Position numbers and translations under genes: made by a program. Shown piece by piece: positions 25,134-33,492 of a DNA stretch of 54,317 nucleotides (the stretch's first letter is position 1; every line of letters begins with the position of its first letter). The notes under the pieces are model-generated. The model made no database searches. It had not been told where the DNA came from and saw only the letters and a list, made by a program, of their open reading frames with translations. The DNA lies in NCBI GenBank assembly GCA_043822665.1, contig JBDRBM010000016.1, positions 1-54,317 on the forward strand. The letters are read 5' to 3'. This DNA comes from Candidatus Omnitrophota bacterium. GTDB taxonomy: Bacteria > Omnitrophota > Gorgyraeia > Gorgyraeales > Gorgyraeaceae.

Positions 25134-26357
25134 ATGCCCATTTTTCGGTACGTAGCCAGGGATAAATCAGGCAAGGTAATGGACGAAGTCATTGAGATAG
25201 CGTCTCATGAAGACCTTGTCAATTCGCTTCAGGCGCGCAATTTGTATATAGTTTCGATAGGGCCCGCGCCACAGGTAAAGCAGGCAAAAAAGATCCAGAG
25301 GCGATACCATCACGGAGTCAAGGTATTTGACCTTTTAATGTTTGCTAAGGAATTGGCTACGCTTCTGAGTTCAGGCGTTACGCTTATAAAAAGCCTGGAT
25401 ATTTTATGTAAGCAGATAGAATCGCAGACATTATTACGCGCCGTAACACAGGTTAAAAAAGACGTAGAAGGCGGATATACGTTCCAGGACGCGTTAAAAA
25501 AACATGGTAAAATATTTTCTGAATTTTGGATACATCTTATAGAAACAGGAGAGGCCTCAGGCCATCTGCCCCAGAGCCTGGAGCAGCTGGCCGAGTATTT
25601 AGAGGAATCCGCGGAGCTTAAAAAAAAGATAACCTCTGCCATGGTATACCCTGTTATATTAGTGTGCGTTGCAACAGCCGCGATAGCGATCTTTTTACTG
25701 AAGATCATACCTATCTTTTCTGACATATTTAAAGGGTTTAATGTTGAACTGCCGCTCCTTACCCGCATTGTAATTGGCTTGAGCAATATAGTAAGGAGAT
25801 ATTTCTTGGTCGTTATCGGGATAGGCGCAGGGCTATTTTTTATTATACGGAAGTATGTTTCAACTGAAAGGGGCAGGTTACAGTTTGACACCTTTAAGCT
25901 CAAACTGCCAATTATCGGGCCTGTGATACAGGAGATATCAACAGAAAGGTTTGCGAGCGGACTATCCATGCTCCTTAAAAGCGGGGTACCTATATTACAT
26001 GCGCTTGAGATAGCCGAAAAGATAGCAGGCAATAAGGTAGTAGAGAAGGAATTAAAACAAGTCAAGGCAGCGGTTAGAGAAGGTAAAGGCATCGCGCAGA
26101 TTATGCAGGAAAGCTCCTTTTTCTCTCCGCTTGTTATTCAGATGATAGGCGTCGGGGAAGAGATCGGCGAGCTCGGAAAGATGCTCGAGAGGATAGCCGT
26201 GTTTTACAAGGAAAGGGTCAATACTTTTATCTCGAGGCTCACTGCAATGTTTGAACCTCTGGTCCTGGTATTTATGGGTATTGTGGTGGGCGTCCTAGTT
26301 GTGGCAATGTTTATGCCTATCTTCAGCATTTCCAGCGCCATCAAGGCGTCTGGTTGA
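25134..26357 (+). CDS. pilC: type IV pilus platform protein PilC/GspF family
   Basis: Two GspF repeats and 3 TM segments. ATG 1 nt after the pilB stop. Confidence 0.9.
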   Translation: MPIFRYVARDKSGKVMDEVIEIASHEDLVNSLQARNLYIVSIGPAPQVKQAKKIQRRYHHGVKVFDLLMFAKELATLLSSGVTLIKSLDILCKQIESQTLLRAVTQVKKDVEGGYTFQDALKKHGKIFSEFWIHLIETGEASGHLPQSLEQLAEYLEESAELKKKITSAMVYPVILVCVATAAIAIFLLKIIPIFSDIFKGFNVELPLLTRIVIGLSNIVRRYFLVVIGIGAGLFFIIRKYVSTERGRLQFDTFKLKLPIIGPVIQEISTERFASGLSMLLKSGVPILHALEIAEKIAGNKVVEKELKQVKAAVREGKGIAQIMQESSFFSPLVIQMIGVGEEIGELGKMLERIAVFYKERVNTFISRLTAMFEPLVLVFMGIVVGVLVVAMFMPIFSISSAIKASG

Positions 26358-26369
26358 TATAGATTTTAT

Positions 26370-26397
26370 TTGACTTATTGGAGTTATGATGTATAAT
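26370..26397 (+). promoter_or_regulatory. sigma70-type promoter for the first pilin gene
   Basis: ttgact (26370-26375), 16-nt spacer, tataat (26392-26397). Confidence 0.6.
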
Positions 26398-26485
26398 TTT
26401 AACTAGATTGTAACCTTATAAAACGTTATGAATTAAAACAAGGTAAATACCGGATTAAACATTAACTTAAGAAAGGGGGGTGTAA

Positions 26486-26851
26486 ATGGGCAGAAAAGGT
26501 TTTACACTGGTTGAAGTCTTGATCGTAGTCATTATTATAGGTATATTGGCTGCTATAGGCATACCACAGTTTGCCGCGTCTATAGAGAAATCAAAGGGTG
26601 GTGAGGCAAGGGCAGGCCTTGGCCATGTACAAACAGGCGAAAAGGTATATTTTGCGGAAAACGAGGCATATACTAATAGTAACGCCCTCCTTGACATATC
26701 ACTGAGTGAGAGATATTGGACTTTCACTATTTCCACTCCGACTGCTACAACTTATACGGCAACTGCTGAAAGGTCAGGCGGGACCCGGGATGGTCAGATT
26801 ATTACTATGGATCAGAACGGTACGATCAATGGAAACTGGGAGTATTTATAA
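26486..26851 (+). CDS. pilA: type IV pilin (probable major pilin)
   Basis: Class III signal MGRKG|FTLVEVLIVVIIIGILAAIGIPQF with Glu+5. Has its own promoter, a strong SD aaagggggg and a downstream palindrome. No Cys. Confidence 0.8.
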   Translation: MGRKGFTLVEVLIVVIIIGILAAIGIPQFAASIEKSKGGEARAGLGHVQTGEKVYFAENEAYTNSNALLDISLSERYWTFTISTPTATTYTATAERSGGTRDGQIITMDQNGTINGNWEYL

Positions 26852-26857
26852 TTTATG

Positions 26858-26952
26858 GTAGTAGTAGTGCACGTTTAAACGTGCACTACTACGGTGGATA
26901 ACTATAACAGCCTAACTTGACGATTCTTACATTGTAACTTTTGTCAAGTTAA
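26858..26952. repeat. Composite palindromic repeat, family A copy 3
   Basis: Perfect 32-bp palindrome at 26861-26892 (gtagtagtgcacg tttaaa cgtgcactactac), then ggtggataact. A second hairpin shares 25 identical nt with the reverse complement of copy 1 hairpin 2. Confidence 0.8.
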
Positions 26953-27029
26953 GCGCAGTAACGCTATTTTGCGGTGTCAGATTTAAGTTAGAGGCGTGGT
27001 TGTGTTTGAATAACTTAAGGAGATATACT

Positions 27030-27467
27030 ATGTTGCGGAAAAAAGGTTTTACGCTTTTAGAAGTACTTATAGTAGTAATCATTATTGGCATACTTGCTGC
27101 CATAGCCTTGCCTCAATATATAAATACAATAGAAAAGGCTAGATCTGCTGAAGCTACTACCAATATAGGCGCCCTGCGCAGTTCCATGGATAGATATTGG
27201 TATGACCAGATGGCGCTTGCCGCGAGTTATACTACTGCGACACTTGACACTATTGATTTGGATAACCCCAATGATGATGCAAACGCGCTGTTTACCTACA
27301 CGCTTACAGATACCAGCAGTGCTTCTCTAAAAAACTACACTATAAGGGCTGATAGGGTTGACAAGGCCGCGTATTGGGTTCAATGGACCCAGACACAGGC
27401 AGACGCAGGCACGCCGAGCACAGGCAGGCTTTATAAGTCCAGCGCATTAGGTGGGCCACAAGCGTAA
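27030..27467 (+). CDS. type IV pilin-like protein
   Basis: MLRKKG|FTLLEVLIVVIIIGILAAIALPQY. SD aaggaga. The ORF track starts at 27000. Confidence 0.8.
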   Translation: MLRKKGFTLLEVLIVVIIIGILAAIALPQYINTIEKARSAEATTNIGALRSSMDRYWYDQMALAASYTTATLDTIDLDNPNDDANALFTYTLTDTSSASLKNYTIRADRVDKAAYWVQWTQTQADAGTPSTGRLYKSSALGGPQA

Positions 27468-27479
27468 AAATAATATCTT

Positions 27480-27920
27480 ATGGTTAAAACATTCAGGATA
27501 AAATTTTTTAGAGATAAGACAGGCTTTACGCTTACAGAGCTACTTATTGTAGTTATAATACTTGGCATGCTGGCTACCCTGGCATTGCCTATGCTTGTCA
27601 AGACCATAGAAAAGGCCAAGATTGGCGAGGCAATGAGCAATTTAAATCTCATAAGGACAGGGCAGAAGATATATTTTTTAGAGCATGGCTATTTTTCAGG
27701 AGAAGACGGCGGAGATAAAGAAGCTGGGATCAGGATACTTAATATAGAAAACCCTAATTCCACCAATACATATTTTACGTATACAATAGAAACGCCTAAA
27801 GGCGCTACAACTGATTTTACATCCAGGGCGCAAAGAAAAAATGATGCGCCAAGTCCTTACAATGGTTATTATTATGAGATGAGTAAAGACGGTATTTTTG
27901 ATGATTCGAACGGTATGTAG
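27480..27920 (+). CDS. type IV pilin-like protein (long leader)
   Basis: ...RDKTG|FTLTELLIVVIILGMLATLALPMLVKTIEKAK. Paralog of 30000-30392. Confidence 0.75.
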   Translation: MVKTFRIKFFRDKTGFTLTELLIVVIILGMLATLALPMLVKTIEKAKIGEAMSNLNLIRTGQKIYFLEHGYFSGEDGGDKEAGIRILNIENPNSTNTYFTYTIETPKGATTDFTSRAQRKNDAPSPYNGYYYEMSKDGIFDDSNGM

Positions 27921-27986
27921 TTGATTATATAAAGCCTGCGTGGATCATCCGCGCCATTAGCGAACACCCCAAGCTAATCGATTGTA

Positions 27987-29045
27987 ATGCAGCTAAAAGA
28001 CCTGCTAAATTTGATGGTTGAAAAGAAGGCTTCGGACCTTCATGTTACAGTAGGCCTTGCCCCTCAATTAAGGATAGATGGAAGATTGCATCTATTGACC
28101 GGATTCCCGCCCTTAACCCCGCAAGATACAAAAGATTTGGCATATAACCTCCTGACAGAAGAACAGAAAGAAAGTTTTGAACGCGAAAAAGAACTAGATA
28201 CATCCGTTGGCCTTAAAGATCTGGGCCGCTTTAGGATAAATATATATAGACAGCGCGGTTCAATAGCCATGGCAGTGCGCCTTATTGCCTTTGAGATACC
28301 AGGACTAGATGAGCTCGGTTTGCCCAAGGCCGTAAAGTTATTCGCAGACAGGCCCAGCGGGCTGGTTTTGATTACAGGAGCAACCGGCAGCGGAAAATCT
28401 ACTACCCTGGCCAGCATGATAGAATATATAAATTTAAAACGTTCATGTCATATTGTTTCCATAGAAGACCCTATTGAGTATTTGCACAAACATAAAAAGA
28501 GCACTATAAATCAAAGGGAGTTAGGAACGGATACCAGCTCATTCCATGAAGCCATAAAGCATGTTTTTAGGCAGGATCCTAACATTGTCCTCATAGGTGA
28601 ATTACGGGACCTTGATACCATAAAAGGCGCTCTAACCCTGGCAGAAACAGGCCATCTTATATTTGCCACGCTTCATACAATAGATTCGGTTCATGCCATA
28701 AACAGGATAATCGATGTATTTCCCGCGTATCAACAGCAGCAGGTGCGTATACAGCTTTCAATGGTGCTTGTAGGAGTGATTGTGCAGCAGCTGATACCAA
28801 AAAAGGACCAGAAAGGAAGGGTCCTGGCAGTTGAGCTCATGAATGTAATTCCAGCAATACAAAACCTCATTAGAGAAAATGGCCTCCACCAGATATATTC
28901 CTTGATTCAAATGGGCCGGAAATATGAAATGTGCACTATGAACCAATCTCTTGCCGAGCTTTATAATAAAAACACAATAACATGGGAAGAGGCCTATTCA
29001 AGAAGCACTAATCCTCAAGAACTGGTATCCCTGACAAAAAAATGA
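27987..29045 (+). CDS. pilT: twitching motility retraction ATPase PilT
   Basis: 352 aa. ASDLH N-terminus, Walker A GATGSGKST, PilT-type Asp/His boxes (IGELRD, ATLHT). Confidence 0.9.
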   Translation: MQLKDLLNLMVEKKASDLHVTVGLAPQLRIDGRLHLLTGFPPLTPQDTKDLAYNLLTEEQKESFEREKELDTSVGLKDLGRFRINIYRQRGSIAMAVRLIAFEIPGLDELGLPKAVKLFADRPSGLVLITGATGSGKSTTLASMIEYINLKRSCHIVSIEDPIEYLHKHKKSTINQRELGTDTSSFHEAIKHVFRQDPNIVLIGELRDLDTIKGALTLAETGHLIFATLHTIDSVHAINRIIDVFPAYQQQQVRIQLSMVLVGVIVQQLIPKKDQKGRVLAVELMNVIPAIQNLIRENGLHQIYSLIQMGRKYEMCTMNQSLAELYNKNTITWEEAYSRSTNPQELVSLTKK

Positions 29046-29479
29046 ACCTTGTTAAAAATTTTAATGAAGAGATGTTTACGCGATGCTTACCAAAGATTTC
29101 TAACGGAATGAGTAAGAGGGCCTTCACGCTTATTGAGATAGTAATCTCAACTCTTATTGTGGCGATACTTGCGGCAGGCATGTTTAGCGCCTTTGTGGCG
29201 ACCCAATATATTTTCAATCGCGAGAGACACAGGTTACAGGCATTTAATTTTGCGAGAGAGGTGTTAGATAAACTCAGAAGTAATACCAATTATCAATATG
29301 CCTCTCTTAACATGCAAGAAGGCACTGTCTATGATGAAACAGGGATTATCACAAGTAAGGCTGTAGATATGGCAAATTTAACCCCTTCTCTTACATATGA
29401 AATATCAGGTCTTGATACTGACCCATATAAAACAGTAACCGTTACCGTTACATGGCAGGAGACAATAGAAAATCTATAG
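29042..29479 (+). CDS. minor pilin / pseudopilin-like protein
   Basis: KRA|FTLIEIVISTLIVAILAAG prepilin-like N-terminus with Ala at -1. Start uncertain (29042, 29072 or 29108). Confidence 0.55.
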   Translation: MNLVKNFNEEMFTRCLPKISNGMSKRAFTLIEIVISTLIVAILAAGMFSAFVATQYIFNRERHRLQAFNFAREVLDKLRSNTNYQYASLNMQEGTVYDETGIITSKAVDMANLTPSLTYEISGLDTDPYKTVTVTVTWQETIENL

Positions 29480-29481
29480 AG

Positions 29482-29973
29482 ATGACAAAGTTTTGTAATA
29501 AAAAAGGCATGACGTTAGTGGAGATTCAGTTATCAGTGCTTCTTTTGAGCGTGATATTTTTGGGTATTTATTCTTTGTATAACGCGAGCCGGGTGTTTTA
29601 TTTAGCTTCGAGTAAGAAGGTAATAATTTCATATGAATTGCAATATGCTGCCGATCATATTTATAAAAATGTAATGACAGGGATAGGTGATAGAAATAAT
29701 CCCGCCATAGTAATAAGCCCCGGAAACTTAGAATTCACTGTTCGCCATGATGGCACAGATCTTGCCTATAAGATCGAGGACGGGGAACTTAAGTTTGATA
29801 GCAACGGGGATGGTACCTTTGAAGAATCCTTAGTTCCAAAAATTACTGTATCCGGAGGAAGTTTTGTTTTAGACGGAAATCTATTGACTATTTCGTTAAC
29901 AGGCTATTATAAAGATGAGGACAATCCGCTTACATTTTATTCCGCGTGTTATCCCCGCATAGCCTCATTCTAG
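29482..29973 (+). CDS. minor pilin / pseudopilin-like protein
   Basis: MTKFCNKKG|MTLVEIQLSVLLLSVIFLG with Gly-1 and Glu+5. The ATG at 29482 lies just after the upstream stop. Confidence 0.55.
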   Translation: MTKFCNKKGMTLVEIQLSVLLLSVIFLGIYSLYNASRVFYLASSKKVIISYELQYAADHIYKNVMTGIGDRNNPAIVISPGNLEFTVRHDGTDLAYKIEDGELKFDSNGDGTFEESLVPKITVSGGSFVLDGNLLTISLTGYYKDEDNPLTFYSACYPRIASF

Positions 29974-29999
29974 CCATAAAATTGTGATAAAAAAGACAG

Positions 30000-30392
30000 A
30001 TGAATAGAAAAGGCTTTACTCTAGTGGAAATATTGGTTGTGACTGTATTAATCGCAGTTCTTACTGCGCTTGCTTTGCCGATGCTTGTTAAGACATTGGA
30101 GAAGGCAAAGATGGATGAGGCTGTAAGCAATTTGAATTTTATTAGGGCTGCCCAGGAGAGATATTCCTTGTCGTATAACACGTTTTCTTCAGATATAGAC
30201 AGCCTGAACATAGAAGACCCCAATGATTCATCAGCGCGTTATTTTAATTACACGATTGTGTCCGCTGATGACGATGATTTTATTGCCAGGGCCCAAAGGG
30301 TGCCTGGCGCGCCAGCATCTTACGGAGATTATCTTTACGATATAAGTAAAGATGGGGAAATCACCTCGCCTAATAACAGCCCCCTTATCTAA
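30000..30392 (+). CDS. type IV pilin-like protein
   Basis: MNRKG|FTLVEILVVTVLIAVLTALALPMLVKTLEKAK. Paralog of 27480-27920. Confidence 0.75.
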   Translation: MNRKGFTLVEILVVTVLIAVLTALALPMLVKTLEKAKMDEAVSNLNFIRAAQERYSLSYNTFSSDIDSLNIEDPNDSSARYFNYTIVSADDDDFIARAQRVPGAPASYGDYLYDISKDGEITSPNNSPLI

Positions 30393-30471
30393 GCACTATA
30401 ATTGGGGGGGGGTACCAGCCTTTAAGATATTGAAAAATACTCTGTTGACATTTGCATTTGATGATTGATAA

Positions 30472-30521
30472 CTTATCCACACTGTAGGGCACCCTTAAGG
30501 GTGCCCTACAGTGTGGATAAG
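30472..30521. repeat. Family A copy 4: perfect 50-bp palindrome
   Basis: cttatccacactgtagggcaccc ttaa gggtgccctacagtgtggataag. Carries ttatccaca and its complement tgtggataa. Confidence 0.85.
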
Positions 30522-30566
30522 TCTAAAAGTCAGCAAACTATTTTACAGGATCCCTTTATGGTAAAG

Positions 30567-30595
30567 TTGCCCTTATTTATCAAAGATGGTATAAT
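30567..30595 (+). promoter_or_regulatory. sigma70-type promoter with extended -10 (tRNA-Ala transcript)
   Basis: ttgccc (30567-30572), 17-nt spacer ending tgg, tataat (30590-30595). Confidence 0.55.
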
Positions 30596-30746
30596 AAAAG
30601 TTGGCTTAGATTAAAGGTCCTTCAGCGGCTATAATCCTCCTATACGTCGGATTATTTAACGCCGCTTCAGGATCAAATTTGCTTCGCAAATTTGGGCCTG
30701 CCCCGCACCAAAATACCTGATTTTTAGAATCGGACATTTTGGTGCG

Positions 30747-30822
30747 GGGCCTGTAGCTCAGCTGGGAGAGCGCCTCGTTCGCAACGAGGAGGTCAGCGGT
30801 TCGACCCCGCTCAGGTCCACCA
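30747..30822 (+). tRNA. tRNA-Ala (anticodon CGC)
   Basis: Full cloverleaf folded by hand. Acceptor gggcctg/caggtcc with a G3:U70 pair, anticodon loop ttCGCaa, T-loop ttcgacc, encoded CCA. Confidence 0.9.
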
Positions 30823-30966
30823 TGGTTCGACGCGTCCTTCGCTTCACTCAGGACTTGTGCTTCGACTGTGCTCAGCACCGTTCGGAGCATCGTGAGCGCG
30901 TCGAACGGCTCACCATAGTCCTGAGCAAGTGAGGAGCAGAGCGACGAACGCGTCGAAGGGCACCAT
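30823..30966 (+). other. GC-rich structured trailer downstream of tRNA-Ala
   Basis: Three copies of cgcgtcgaa: one inverted at 30826-30834, two direct at 30897-30905 and 30949-30957. A 9-bp helix ctcaggact/agtcctgag. Visibly more GC-rich than the surrounding sequence. Confidence 0.35.
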
Positions 30967-31076
30967 CTTGCTACGCCATTCTATGCTTGGGTGCGATGGT
31001 ATGGTTTCGCAGAAATTAACAGGTTTGATAGATTGGCAGAGATTACTTTGCCTAATTCAGACATCATAAAAAATCC

Positions 31077-31811
31077 ATGCGATTTTACGTTTCGCCCGAA
31101 TTCGTATATCCTGAAAAGAATATTATAGAAATAAAAGACAGGGGCGAGTTGCGCCATATACGGGATGTGATGCGCCTGGTGCCTGGCTCAGAGGTGGGTG
31201 TCTTTGACGGCACAGGCATGGAATACTTGGGTAGGATAAAAGACATCAACAGGTCATCCGTAGTCATTGATATCATACGGAAAATAGAAATAAAAAAAGA
31301 CATCATGCCGGACATCACCCTTTATCAGGCTATTCCCAAAAAAGGCAGGATGGATCTGATAGTGGAAAAGGCCGTGGAACTTGGCGTAACGCGCGTAACG
31401 CCTATGATTACGGAGAGGACTATCCCCGCGATAACAGGCAAGGCGGGGAACAAACAGGAGCGCTGGTCCAGGATTGCCATGACAGCGTCAAAACAGTGTG
31501 GCAGGTCTACATTGCCTGTTATAGTAGATATTCGGAGTTTTGAAGAGTGTCTGAGCGAATCAGGTAATAGTGATCTTATTATATTTGCTGCGCTGGATAA
31601 GGACGCAAAGCCTCTAAAACAGATATTAGAAAGTTCAAGACCCGCGCGCATCTCAGTATTTGTAGGCCCTGAAGGTGATTTCAGCCATGAAGAGATTACT
31701 AAGGCCAGGGGCCATGGTTATACTGTGTGTTCGCTTGGGCCTTTAGTCTTAAGGGTGGAGACAGCCGCTATATATATACTATCATGTCTAAATTATGAGT
31801 ATAGCAGTTAA
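31077..31811 (+). CDS. rsmE: 16S rRNA (uracil1498-N3)-methyltransferase
   Basis: 244 aa. MRFYV N-terminus, PUA-like N-domain, and a SPOUT C-domain with the VGPEGDFSHEE motif. Confidence 0.85.
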   Translation: MRFYVSPEFVYPEKNIIEIKDRGELRHIRDVMRLVPGSEVGVFDGTGMEYLGRIKDINRSSVVIDIIRKIEIKKDIMPDITLYQAIPKKGRMDLIVEKAVELGVTRVTPMITERTIPAITGKAGNKQERWSRIAMTASKQCGRSTLPVIVDIRSFEECLSESGNSDLIIFAALDKDAKPLKQILESSRPARISVFVGPEGDFSHEEITKARGHGYTVCSLGPLVLRVETAAIYILSCLNYEYSS

Positions 31812-33492
31812 AAAGAATGAGCGTTTAATCTTTTTTGTTTTCCTCGCGGCTTTTTTAATAAGAGTTTTATATATCTTCCAGATTTTAAAATTTCCCTTAA
31901 CAGAATATCTTATTCGTTCCAATGTTTTTGACCAGTATGGCTTTGATAAGACGGGGATTTTTATTGCTTCTGGCAATTGGTTTGGCGGGAACGAGATATT
32001 CGGGAAAGAGCCGCTCTATTCATATTTTTTAGCGGTTATTTACAGGGTATTTGGCTGGAATCATTTTTGGGTTTATCTTATACAGGCGATGCTGACTTCT
32101 GTCAGCGTGGTACTTCTTTATAAGGTCACAAAAGAGATTTTTAATAAAATCGCCGCTTATATAGCGGCCTTTATTTTTGCGTTTTATGCTATATCTATTT
32201 TTTACGATGCGCTTATCCTTAGAGCCAGTTTTCTTACATCCATAAATATCTTTCTTTTTTACCTGTTAGTAAGGGCGCACAGAGGCGATAAGCCTATCTT
32301 GTGGTTAGTGTCGGGTTTGGTCCTGGGGCTTTCTATCCTTACGAGACAAAACATACTTTTCCCGTTCATTATCATTTTTGTTTTAGTATCTATAAGGCCG
32401 TTTAAAAGAGCTCTAAAATGCGTTTTAATATTTACGCTGGGACTATTTTTTGTACTGACACCCGTGCTTGTCAGGAATTATTTAGTTTCAGGCAATAAAA
32501 ATTTGCGGGTTTCAAAAGAGGTGAATGCGTTCTGGGTTGGTAACACACATACCTCTTCGGGTGTGGATGTTGTCTGGTCTCCTGAATACCATAGGCTGGA
32601 GGGCCGCTCAGGAGGAAGCGTAAAAAAAATGGCAAATATTTTTTTAAACGAGGTTAAAAATAGGCCACGGGAATACCTGAGGCTCTATGCCAGAAAGATA
32701 TGGATGTTTTTTAATGGCTACGAGGCCCCTTCCAATACAAATTACTATCTCTATCGGGAAGAGTTCCCGACTGTTTTACGCTTGCCTCTTTTTAGTTTTC
32801 AGTTCGTGTGCGCTCTTTTCATGATAGGTATAATCTTGAGCGTTATAAAAAGGCAAAAGGCCGTCCTAGCCTATGTTTTTATTGCAGTCTTAAGCGGTTC
32901 TGTTATCCTGTTTCACATCCAGTCAAGGTTCAGGTTGCCTGCGATACCATTTTTTATTATGTTCGCGTCATACGGGGCGTATTACATTTTTGAAACAATA
33001 AAGGACAGGAATTATAAGAATCTTCTGGTTATTACTGTAATCCTGATATTTTTATATGCAATTCTTGAGCCAGACCTTACATATGCCGGTTTCAGGGCAA
33101 AAGAGGACAGGGTGCGTTTTTTTGATAGGACCAACCTTGCAATGTCTTACGCAGATAGTTATGTAAACGAGGGCGAACCCCATGCCCTGAATCTTGCTAT
33201 GAGACAGTGCAACTTATCAATAAAAGACAACGGGCGCTTTGCGACTGGGTACAGGATCAGGGGATATATCCAGCTTTTGAAACAGAACTATGCCATCGCT
33301 GAACTGGATTACAAAAGGGCAATGATATATAACAATCGCAGCCCTTTCTTGTACAATGAACTGGGACGCGTTTATTACAAATGGGGCCAGGAAGCCAAGG
33401 CGCTTATTTTTATAAAAAGGGCCCTGTCGCTATCGCCCGAAAATAAAGACTTTATTGAAAACCTGTCTCTGATATTGGATGCAGATGAATAA
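31795..33492 (+). CDS. GT-C glycosyltransferase (ArnT/PMT family 39/83-like) with C-terminal TPR
   Basis: 565 aa, at least 9 TM helices with an ArnT/PMT_2-like N-terminal layout. TPR repeats in the last ~120 aa. Confidence 0.7.
   Translation: MSIAVKKNERLIFFVFLAAFLIRVLYIFQILKFPLTEYLIRSNVFDQYGFDKTGIFIASGNWFGGNEIFGKEPLYSYFLAVIYRVFGWNHFWVYLIQAMLTSVSVVLLYKVTKEIFNKIAAYIAAFIFAFYAISIFYDALILRASFLTSINIFLFYLLVRAHRGDKPILWLVSGLVLGLSILTRQNILFPFIIIFVLVSIRPFKRALKCVLIFTLGLFFVLTPVLVRNYLVSGNKNLRVSKEVNAFWVGNTHTSSGVDVVWSPEYHRLEGRSGGSVKKMANIFLNEVKNRPREYLRLYARKIWMFFNGYEAPSNTNYYLYREEFPTVLRLPLFSFQFVCALFMIGIILSVIKRQKAVLAYVFIAVLSGSVILFHIQSRFRLPAIPFFIMFASYGAYYIFETIKDRNYKNLLVITVILIFLYAILEPDLTYAGFRAKEDRVRFFDRTNLAMSYADSYVNEGEPHALNLAMRQCNLSIKDNGRFATGYRIRGYIQLLKQNYAIAELDYKRAMIYNNRSPFLYNELGRVYYKWGQEAKALIFIKRALSLSPENKDFIENLSLILDADE

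Noticed and set aside
25310-26092. 260-aa ORF on the minus strand
   Set aside because: It lies entirely antisense to the well-supported pilC gene and has low-complexity composition, no SD and no recognisable motif. This is a typical shadow ORF. The same applies to the other long minus-strand ORFs (43396-43917, 45780-46292, 47363-47986, 20019-20429, 8452-8934 and others).
26398-26485. Possible riboswitch (e.g. c-di-GMP) in the major pilin 5' UTR
   Set aside because: The leader is AT-rich with no conserved GEMM-like helices or other recognisable aptamer features.
30606-30890. 94-aa minus-strand ORF
   Set aside because: It overlaps tRNA-Ala and its structured flanks. The SQLSY-type peptide is the usual antisense translation of a tRNA gene.
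30822-30932. 36-codon ORF starting at the terminal A of the tRNA-Ala CCA
   Set aside because: It has no SD, and the region's dyad symmetry and GC richness fit structured RNA better than coding sequence.
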